Assembly: GCA_036373775.1 (NCBI GenBank)
Contig: JAZAUD010000018.1
Location: forward strand, 16,999-48,998
DNA from: Oscillospiraceae bacterium
Lineage (GTDB): Bacteria > Bacillota > Clostridia > Oscillospirales > Ruminococcaceae
Direction of reading: 5' to 3'
Length of the DNA: 32,000 nt
In this document: in pieces, positions 25,326-32,000 of the stretch
Position numbering within the stretch: the first letter of the stretch is position 1
Layout of the letters: each line of letters opens with the position of its first letter
Program-made: the position numbers and the translations under genes
Notes under the pieces: generated by a model
What the model was told of the DNA's origin: nothing
Databases searched by the model: none
The model's input: the letters and a program-made list of their open reading frames with translations, nothing else

Positions 25326-26725
25326 GATGTTTTTTCCTCCTGTGAATCATCAATATCATTGAATTTCTTTGTAAAATCCTCTGGATTGGCAGGGGATGGG
25401 AATAACATGGTTTTGACAGTCATTAAAATAATCTGCATATCTTTCAATAACGAATAGTTTTCGATATACATTAAATCCATGCGCAGTTTGTCATAAGGTG
25501 ACGTATGATACCCCCCTGTGACTTGTGCATAGCCTGTCAAGCCTGCCTTGACAGATAGACGGAACTCAAATTCTGGGAATTTTTCTTGATACTTCCTTGT
25601 CAATTCTGGACGCTCCGGACGTGGCCCTACAACTGACATTTCTCCTTTCAGGATATTGAAAAGCTGGGGCAATTCATCCAGCCGAAACCGCCTTAAAATG
25701 CGCCCGACTGGTGTAATTCGTGTATCGTACTCGGAGGCTAATTGAACTCCATGCTCTTCCGCATTGGGTATCATGCTCCGAAATTTACAGCAGTCAAATT
25801 CCCTTCCGCCTTCTGTCAAACGCTTTTGCTTGTAGAAAATTTTTCCGCCATCACAACATTTTACCGCCAATGCACAAATCAGCATCAAAGGCGAAAGAAT
25901 CAACAATGCTATTACGCTGAATATAATGTCAAACAGGCGTTTCAGCAGTCTCTGTTCTAATGTCAAGCCCTGATTCCTACATAATAACAGGGGAGTATCA
26001 AATAAACGGAGAGTATCTGCACCACTTAATATAATATCTGATACTTTTGGAACAATATACGCTCTTAGTTGGTTTTGAAAGCAAAATTTAATCAGTGCAT
26101 TTCGGATATCTGCGGATATATCATGAATGATAACACCGTCATATTGTCGGATTTTTTCGGTAATCCGTTCGTAGCCTTCTGAAACACTGACGGATTCACA
26201 TATCATATATTTTTCTACTCGTTCACTCATTTTCAAAACAAGTGCTGCTGCAAAGGGGCTGTCATAGACAATAATCAATTTTCGTGGCGGATATAAGGCA
26301 AAATAAATACGCTGCATCAATGAAGTCCAACAAATTACCACAATCATTTCTTTGATTGTCAAGAGTAACATCGGTTCAGGATTGGCGAAATTTCTTGCAA
26401 TTAAGCTTATTTGCAGATAATTGAGAACATTTGTACCCAGTACAGCAAGCAATTGTGAGAATACAATATCTGTTTTCCGCAGATAACCAACCTTGAAACC
26501 ATTGTACACCTTGAAAAATAAAAACAGTACAGTTGCATAAATTGCAATCATAACCCAATTCCCTCGCCGATAAAACGGCAAGATAATATTATTAGAGTAG
26601 AAATCTTGCCAAACATCTGCAAACTGTACTGTTAAGAAACACATAAGAAGCAATGCCCCTAAAAATGAAAGGATATGCCGGAACTGTTCATGAACAAATG
26701 CTTTTCGATTCTGCATTTCAGGCAT
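25322..26725 (-). CDS. polyprenyl-phosphate hexose-1-phosphate transferase (WbaP/WcaJ-type initiating sugar transferase)
   Basis: Four or five N-terminal TM segments, a central nucleotide-binding-like domain, and the C-terminal bacterial sugar transferase domain (KFRSM, DELPQLFNILKGEMSVVGPRP). ATG at 26725 sits 5 nt after AAGGAG. GTG at 26728 is the track start. Confidence 0.9.
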   Translation of the reverse strand: MPEMQNRKAFVHEQFRHILSFLGALLLMCFLTVQFADVWQDFYSNNIILPFYRRGNWVMIAIYATVLFLFFKVYNGFKVGYLRKTDIVFSQLLAVLGTNVLNYLQISLIARNFANPEPMLLLTIKEMIVVICWTSLMQRIYFALYPPRKLIIVYDSPFAAALVLKMSERVEKYMICESVSVSEGYERITEKIRQYDGVIIHDISADIRNALIKFCFQNQLRAYIVPKVSDIILSGADTLRLFDTPLLLCRNQGLTLEQRLLKRLFDIIFSVIALLILSPLMLICALAVKCCDGGKIFYKQKRLTEGGREFDCCKFRSMIPNAEEHGVQLASEYDTRITPVGRILRRFRLDELPQLFNILKGEMSVVGPRPERPELTRKYQEKFPEFEFRLSVKAGLTGYAQVTGGYHTSPYDKLRMDLMYIENYSLLKDMQIILMTVKTMLFPSPANPEDFTKKFNDIDDSQEEKTS

Positions 26726-26770
26726 CACCGCTCCTTATTTATGGTAACGAAAAATCCCGTCTTCTCAAGA

Positions 26771-28723
26771 TTATCGTAACTTTGCACCGCAGGGGTAACG
26801 GTCATCGGCAAACTGTACAATGACGCTACCATCCGGCAAATCAGCCGCACAAATCATCCCATTGCTTTCCACTCCGCAGAGTTTCGCAGGCTTCAAATTT
26901 GCTACAATGATAACTTTCTTTCCCACAAGGTCTTCCGGCTTGTACCATTGTGCAATACCAGATACCACCTGACGACCGCCCATGCCGTCATCCAACTGCA
27001 AACAAAGCAGTTTCTTGGACTTTTTGACTTTTTCCGCAGAAATGACCTTTGCAACACGCAAATCTACTTTTGCGAAATCGTCAATGGTAATCTGTTCCGC
27101 CAATTCTGCTGGAGTATATTCCGGTTCTTCGGATTTCGGCTGATTACTGCGGATAATGGTATTCAGTTCCTCAATTTCCTTTTCTACGTCAATGCGAGGG
27201 AATAACATTTCGCCCTTATGGACAGTGACATTTTCTGGTAATACATTGAACTTACCAGCATTTTCATAGGTGACATCATTTTCAGATGCTCCAATCTGTT
27301 CCCATACCTTCGGCATCGTTGTTGGCATGAAGGGGCTTAACATCGTGGAAATGATACGAATGCTTTCCAGCAGGTTGTACAATACAGAAGCCAGTCTTGC
27401 TTTTTTGGTTTCGTCCTTGCCTAAAACCCATGGAGTGGTTTCATCAATATATTTGTTGGCTCTGTCAACGAGGGTGAAAATTTCCTCTAAGGCGTTCTTA
27501 ATCTGGGTTTTGTCAATCAGGTCATCCACCTTTCCACGAATGGAAACGGCTAATTCTTTGAGCTGGTTGTCAATGGGTTCTTCCTGACGTTCAGAGGGGA
27601 TTGTTCCACCAAAATACTTGTCCACCATTGCCACGGTACGAGAAACCAAATTTCCTAAGCCGTTGGCTAAATCGGTATTGATACGATTGATGAGAATTTC
27701 ATTGGAAAAGTCACTGTCTGCGCCGAGTGCCATTTCTCTTAAAATATGGTAACGGATTGCATCAGGGCTGTAGCGTTCCCCTAAAATGAAGGGGTCGACA
27801 ACATTGCCAATGGATTTGGACATTTTCGCACCGTTGAACGTAATCCAGCCGTGTACTGCTAAATGATTCGGAAGGGGCAAATCCAATGCCATTAAAATGG
27901 CGGGCCAGATAATCGCATGGAAACGCTGAATATCTTTTGCTACCATGTGCAGGACAGTGCTGTCATGATTTTCATTCCAGAATGTTTCAAAGTCGTTGTA
28001 CTTGTCATTGTCATACCCTAAAGCCGTGATATAGTTGGAAAGTGCATCAATCCATACATAAATAACATGCTTTTCGTCAAATGTGACTGGAATTCCCCAT
28101 GTAAAGGAAGTTCGTGATACACATAAATCTTCTAACCCCGGTTTGATGAAGTTATTGACCAATTCTGTCGCACGGGTACGAGGCTGGAGATAATCTGTAT
28201 TCAAAAGCAGGTCTTCAATTCTGTCTGCAAAAGGTGACATTTTAAAGAAATAGGCCTCTTCCTCTGCATCAATGACATCACGTCCGCATTCCGGACACTT
28301 TCCATCTTTCAATTGGCTGGGAGTCCAGAAACTTTCACAAGGGGTACAATATTTACCAGTGTATTTCCCCTTATAAATATACCCTCTGTCGTACAAATCT
28401 TTGAAAATCTGCTGTACACCAGTAACATGGTAATCATCAGTGGTACGGATATAGCGGTCATATTTGATATTCATATAAGACCAGAGATTCTTAAAAATTT
28501 TCACGATTCCGTCAACATATTCCTTTGGGGAGATACCAGCCTCTTGGGCTTTCTGTTCAATTTTCAGACCGTGTTCATCTGTACCAGTCAAAAACATGAC
28601 ATGATGTCCCTGCATTCTGCGGTATCTTGCAATCGAATCACAGGCAACTGTCGTATAACAGTGACCGATATGCGGATTACCGGAGGGGTAATAGATGGGC
28701 GTGGTAATAAAATAATTTGACAT
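26771..28723 (-). CDS. metG: methionine--tRNA ligase with C-terminal tRNA-binding (EMAP-like) domain
   Basis: PSGNPHIGH (HIGH), KMSKS, a CPECG zinc knuckle, and the C-terminal DLRVAKV...ESNGM domain. Confidence 0.97.
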   Translation of the reverse strand: MSNYFITTPIYYPSGNPHIGHCYTTVACDSIARYRRMQGHHVMFLTGTDEHGLKIEQKAQEAGISPKEYVDGIVKIFKNLWSYMNIKYDRYIRTTDDYHVTGVQQIFKDLYDRGYIYKGKYTGKYCTPCESFWTPSQLKDGKCPECGRDVIDAEEEAYFFKMSPFADRIEDLLLNTDYLQPRTRATELVNNFIKPGLEDLCVSRTSFTWGIPVTFDEKHVIYVWIDALSNYITALGYDNDKYNDFETFWNENHDSTVLHMVAKDIQRFHAIIWPAILMALDLPLPNHLAVHGWITFNGAKMSKSIGNVVDPFILGERYSPDAIRYHILREMALGADSDFSNEILINRINTDLANGLGNLVSRTVAMVDKYFGGTIPSERQEEPIDNQLKELAVSIRGKVDDLIDKTQIKNALEEIFTLVDRANKYIDETTPWVLGKDETKKARLASVLYNLLESIRIISTMLSPFMPTTMPKVWEQIGASENDVTYENAGKFNVLPENVTVHKGEMLFPRIDVEKEIEELNTIIRSNQPKSEEPEYTPAELAEQITIDDFAKVDLRVAKVISAEKVKKSKKLLCLQLDDGMGGRQVVSGIAQWYKPEDLVGKKVIIVANLKPAKLCGVESNGMICAADLPDGSVIVQFADDRYPCGAKLR

Positions 28724-28771
28724 TCAAAATTCCTCCTTTGGATTTTTGCCGGACTTCCGGCACATAACTTT

Positions 28772-28800
28772 ATTATAACACATTTTTCCGGACTTGTAAA
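28772..28800 (-). promoter_or_regulatory. proximal metG promoter
   Basis: Minus strand TTTACA, 17-nt spacer, TGt-TATAAT, about 45 nt upstream of the metG ATG. Confidence 0.55.
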
Positions 28801-28832
28801 TGATTTCAGAAATTTTTTTACGAAATCTCTCC

Positions 28833-28954
28833 AAAAAAAGAAGCCGGAAAAATCCGGCTCATCAAAAAACAAATCAAAACAATTTTTTTGTGTAGAACAA
28901 AAGAAAGGAGACAACAAAACGAGTGTTAATCATACGTTATCCGTATATAACACT
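28833..28954 (-). ncRNA. candidate small transcript (~120 nt) upstream of metG
   Basis: Bounded by a near-consensus promoter (28961-28989) and the intrinsic terminator AGCCGGA-uuuuu-UCCGGCU plus UCUUUUUUU (28833-28859). Has a 5' hairpin, a CUCCUUUCUUUU tract and a possible 19-codon ORF. Confidence 0.4.
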
Positions 28955-28960
28955 GTAACC

Positions 28961-28989
28961 ATTATACCCGAAAAGTTACTATTCGTCAA
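28961..28989 (-). promoter_or_regulatory. promoter of the candidate small transcript
   Basis: Minus strand TTGACG, 17-nt spacer, TATAAT. Confidence 0.55.
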
Positions 28990-29159
28990 TAGAAATTTGC
29001 AAAAAAGTGACTAAATCAGGTAATCTTTGTTTAAAACATCCAATTTGTGAATTGAAAAACAGTGAATTTGAACAAAACAAAAATATTCACACTTTGGCAC
29101 AGTATAAAATTATTGTGAAAATTGTTCAAAAATTACCGTAAAATTTTACAAAAAAACTA

Positions 29160-29188
29160 TTTACAAATTCATTGTTTTGTGCTATTAT
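29160..29188 (+). promoter_or_regulatory. PFOR promoter
   Basis: TTTACA, 17-nt spacer, TGc-TATTAT, about 70 nt upstream of the start codon. Confidence 0.55.
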
Positions 29189-29261
29189 ATATAGTAGAGG
29201 CATTTCATTATATGCCGAACAAAACATTTTAATCAATATTATATTTCAGGAGGTTAAACTC

Positions 29262-32000
29262 ATGGCAAGAAAAAAGAAGACAATGGACGGCAATAACGCT
29301 GCCGCTTGGGCATCCTATCCGTTCACAGACTTGTCCGCTATCTATCCTATCACTCCTTCTTCCGTAATGGCAGAAGTCACAGACCAGTGGGCTTCCAAGG
29401 ATAAGAAGAATCTTTTCGGCGACCCTGTTACCGTCGTTGAAATGCAGTCAGAAGCTGGTGCAGCTGGTACTGTACATGGTTCACTTTCCGCAGGTGCATT
29501 GACAACGACTTACACAGCATCTCAGGGCTTATTGCTGATGATTCCGAACATGTATAAAATCGCAGGCGAATTGCTTCCGAACGTTATCCATGTTTCGGCT
29601 CGTTGCGTATCTTCTCACGCTCTGAACATCTTCGGCGACCATTCCGATGTTTATGCCTGTCGTCAGACCGGATATGCAATGCTCTGCTCTTCCAATCCTC
29701 AGGAAGTTATGGATTTGGGTGCAGTTGCACATCTGGCTACTATTGAAGGCAGAGTTCCTTTCCTGCACTTCTTTGACGGTTTCCGTACTTCTCACGAAAT
29801 CCAGAAAATTGAAGTTTGGGACGATGCAGACCTCGCAGAAATGCTCAACTGGGAAGCAGCTCAGAATTTCCGTGATAACGCTCTGAACCCGAATCATCCT
29901 GTTCTCCGTGGTTCTGCTCAGAATCCTGACATTTTCTTCCAAGCTCGTGAAGCGTGCAACAAGTACTATGATGCACTTCCGGCTGTTGTTGAAAAGTACA
30001 TGGATAAGGTCAACGCTAAGATTGGTACAGATTACAAGCTGTTCAATTACTATGGCGCACCAGATGCAGAGCATGTTATCATTGCAATGGGTTCTGTAAT
30101 GGATACTGTAGAAGAAACTATTGATTACCTGAACGCTAATGGCGGTAAGTATGGTATGGTTCGTGTACGTCTGTACAGACCTTTCGTTGCTGAAAAGCTC
30201 GTGGAAGCTCTGCCTGATACTGTAAAGCAGATTTCCGTACTCGACAGAACAAAAGAACCCGGTTCTTTGGGCGAGCCTCTGTATCTGGATGTTGTTGCAG
30301 CTCTCAAGGATACTAAGTTTGACGGCGTTAAGATTTACAGCGGTCGTTATGGTCTCGGCTCTAAGGATACAACTCCGAATCAGATTATTGCAGTCTTCAA
30401 GAACACCGAAAAGAAGCGTTTCACTCTGGGTATTGTCGATGACGTAACAAATCTGTCACTTGATGACAGCTTTAACCCTGATACCGCTCCTGCTGGTACG
30501 ATTTCCTGCAAGTTCTGGGGTCTCGGTTCTGATGGTACTGTTGGTGCAAACAAGAACTCCATTAAGATTATCGGCGACCATACCGATATGTACGCACAGG
30601 CTTACTTTGCATATGACTCTAAGAAGTCCGGCGGTGTAACCGTTTCTCACCTGCGTTTTGGTAAGACTCCGATTAAGTCTACTTACCTCATTAACAAGGC
30701 TGATTTTGTTGCTTGCCATAACCAGAGCTACATTGATAAGTATGATATGGTATCCGACATCAAGCCGGGTGGTACATTCCTGCTGAATACTATCTGGGAT
30801 GCAGAAGGTCTTGAAAAGCACCTCCCCGGACAGGTGAAGCGTTATATCGCTCAGAATAATATCAAGTTCTACACTGTAAACGGTGTTAAGCTCGGTCAGG
30901 AAACCGGCATGGGTACAAGAATCAATACTATCTTGCAGTCTGCTTTCTTCAAGCTGGCAGAAGTTATTCCTTTCGAGGATGCATTGAAGTATATGAAGGA
31001 TGCTGCTCAAATGTCCTATGGTAAGAAGGGTCAGGACGTTGTCGAAAAGAACTGGAACGCAATTGACGCAGGTTATCAGGGTATTGTAGAAGTACAAATT
31101 CCGGAAGCTTGGAAGACAGCAGAAGATACTCCTATGGGTATGGCTAAGGTAACTGCTGAGAATAAGGATTTGGAATTCTTTGTAAATGAAATTCAGATTC
31201 CTTGCAATGCTCAGGAAGGTAACAAGCTCCCTGTTTCTACTTTCGTGAAATTGGCTGATGGTACTTCTCCTTCTGGTTCTGCCGCATTCGAAAAGCGTGG
31301 TATCGCTGTCAATGTTCCGCAGTGGAATCCTGATACATGTATCCAGTGTAACCAATGTGCTTATGTATGTCCTCATGCAGTGCTCCGTCCTGTAACTCTG
31401 AACGCAGAAGAGGCCGCTGCTGCTCCGGAATCCATGAAACTGGCTGCTATGAAGCCGGCAATTGGCGACCTGAAATTCGGCATGACAGTTTCCGTTCTCG
31501 ACTGCACAGGCTGTGGCGTTTGCGCTAATATCTGTCCTGCTAACAAGAAGGCTGACACTCTCGTGATGAAGCCTCTCGAATCTCAGCTTGACCAGCAGGA
31601 AGGCTTCAATTATGGTCTGACTAAGGAAATCAAGCCGGAAGTTACTGCTAAGTTCAAGGATTCTACTGTAAAGGGCTCTCAGTTCAAACAGCCGTTGTTG
31701 GAATTCTCCGGTGCTTGTGCTGGCTGTGGCGAAACTCCTTATGCAAAGCTCATTACTCAGTTGTTCGGCGACAGAATGTATATCGCTAATGCAACAGGTT
31801 GCTCTTCTATCTGGGGTAACTCTGCACCTTCTACACCTTACACTGTCAACAAGAAGGGGTATGGTCCTGCATGGTCTAACTCCCTGTTCGAAGATAACGC
31901 AGAATTTGGCTATGGTATGTTCCTCGGTCAGGAGACTTTGAGAAAGCGTGTTATCGCTAAGGTAGAAGACCTCGTGGCAAATGCAAAGCGTGAGGATGTC
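29262..32000 (+). CDS. nifJ: pyruvate:ferredoxin (flavodoxin) oxidoreductase, 5' partial (913 codons, runs off the window)
   Basis: Absent from the ORF track because there is no stop in the window. My translation from ATG 29262 (CAGGAGG RBS) gives MARKKKTMDGNNAAAWASYPFTDLSAIYPITPSS. Further downstream are CIQCNQCAYVCPHA and CTGCGVCANICP ferredoxin motifs and GCSSIWG. Confidence 0.95.
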   Translation, partial: MARKKKTMDGNNAAAWASYPFTDLSAIYPITPSSVMAEVTDQWASKDKKNLFGDPVTVVEMQSEAGAAGTVHGSLSAGALTTTYTASQGLLLMIPNMYKIAGELLPNVIHVSARCVSSHALNIFGDHSDVYACRQTGYAMLCSSNPQEVMDLGAVAHLATIEGRVPFLHFFDGFRTSHEIQKIEVWDDADLAEMLNWEAAQNFRDNALNPNHPVLRGSAQNPDIFFQAREACNKYYDALPAVVEKYMDKVNAKIGTDYKLFNYYGAPDAEHVIIAMGSVMDTVEETIDYLNANGGKYGMVRVRLYRPFVAEKLVEALPDTVKQISVLDRTKEPGSLGEPLYLDVVAALKDTKFDGVKIYSGRYGLGSKDTTPNQIIAVFKNTEKKRFTLGIVDDVTNLSLDDSFNPDTAPAGTISCKFWGLGSDGTVGANKNSIKIIGDHTDMYAQAYFAYDSKKSGGVTVSHLRFGKTPIKSTYLINKADFVACHNQSYIDKYDMVSDIKPGGTFLLNTIWDAEGLEKHLPGQVKRYIAQNNIKFYTVNGVKLGQETGMGTRINTILQSAFFKLAEVIPFEDALKYMKDAAQMSYGKKGQDVVEKNWNAIDAGYQGIVEVQIPEAWKTAEDTPMGMAKVTAENKDLEFFVNEIQIPCNAQEGNKLPVSTFVKLADGTSPSGSAAFEKRGIAVNVPQWNPDTCIQCNQCAYVCPHAVLRPVTLNAEEAAAAPESMKLAAMKPAIGDLKFGMTVSVLDCTGCGVCANICPANKKADTLVMKPLESQLDQQEGFNYGLTKEIKPEVTAKFKDSTVKGSQFKQPLLEFSGACAGCGETPYAKLITQLFGDRMYIANATGCSSIWGNSAPSTPYTVNKKGYGPAWSNSLFEDNAEFGYGMFLGQETLRKRVIAKVEDLVANAKREDV

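Noticed and set aside
26729-26770. Looked for a terminator between metG and the sugar-transferase gene.
   Set aside because: No convincing stem plus U-tract. It is treated as possible read-through and noted in the glycan-locus finding.
28588-28917. 109-aa minus-strand ORF overlapping the metG start region.
   Set aside because: It starts at a TTG inside the candidate sRNA, crosses a strong terminator and the metG promoter, and then overlaps metG out of frame. The composition is low-complexity (poly-F/K from A/T runs).
28724-29000. Searched for a Met T-box leader upstream of metG.
   Set aside because: No GGGTGGTACCGCG-like T-box sequence, no AGAGA box and no AUG specifier context on the minus strand. 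The terminator present belongs to a separate short unit lying upstream of metG's own promoter.
29529-31376. Minus-strand ORFs of 181 aa and 306 aa (29529-30074 and 30456-31376), and 60-61-aa ORFs nearby.
   Set aside because: They are antisense to the unambiguous PFOR reading frame, with no RBS and Cys/Ile/Leu/Ser/Thr-rich shadow-frame composition. These are typical shadow ORFs.

Overview
This is a moderately AT-rich, Firmicutes/Clostridia-type chromosomal segment, judged from spoVS, ymdB, a T-box leader, PFOR, sigma-A type promoters and GGAGG ribosome-binding sites. Most of it is housekeeping. Reading left to right: a lipoprotein cyclophilin, a bacterial MIF/tautomerase homolog and an MBL-fold lipoprotein. 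Next is a minus-strand T-box-controlled pheS...pheT operon, unusually interrupted by a nitroreductase and a small membrane protein. Then come a large polytopic membrane protein, nifS-nifU, a two-gene operon of unknown function (one product looks PP2C-like), and an acyltransferase-like membrane protein translationally coupled to ymdB, followed by spoVS. A minus-strand glycan locus follows metG: initiating phosphoglycosyl transferase, manC, gmd, two GT4 glycosyltransferases, an rmd-like reductase and three small or unknown ORFs. The window ends with the 5' 2.7 kb of a pyruvate:ferredoxin oxidoreductase gene. The most interesting signal is not in the ORF track. At 7183-7845, between the pheS promoter and the large membrane protein, a ~328-bp unit occurs twice in tandem. 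Each copy has two near-consensus promoters facing each other. One would drive a ~90-nt plus-strand RNA with no ORF. The other would drive a ~190-nt minus-strand mRNA for a 28- or 32-aa hydrophobic peptide ending in NKK, whose Shine-Dalgarno lies in a hairpin. The two transcripts converge on a shared bidirectional terminator. This architecture matches par/fst-like type I toxin-antitoxin loci, and I could not match the peptides to a named family by eye. A second candidate small transcription unit lies upstream of metG. I saw no rRNA, tRNA, CRISPR array, transposase or integrase.
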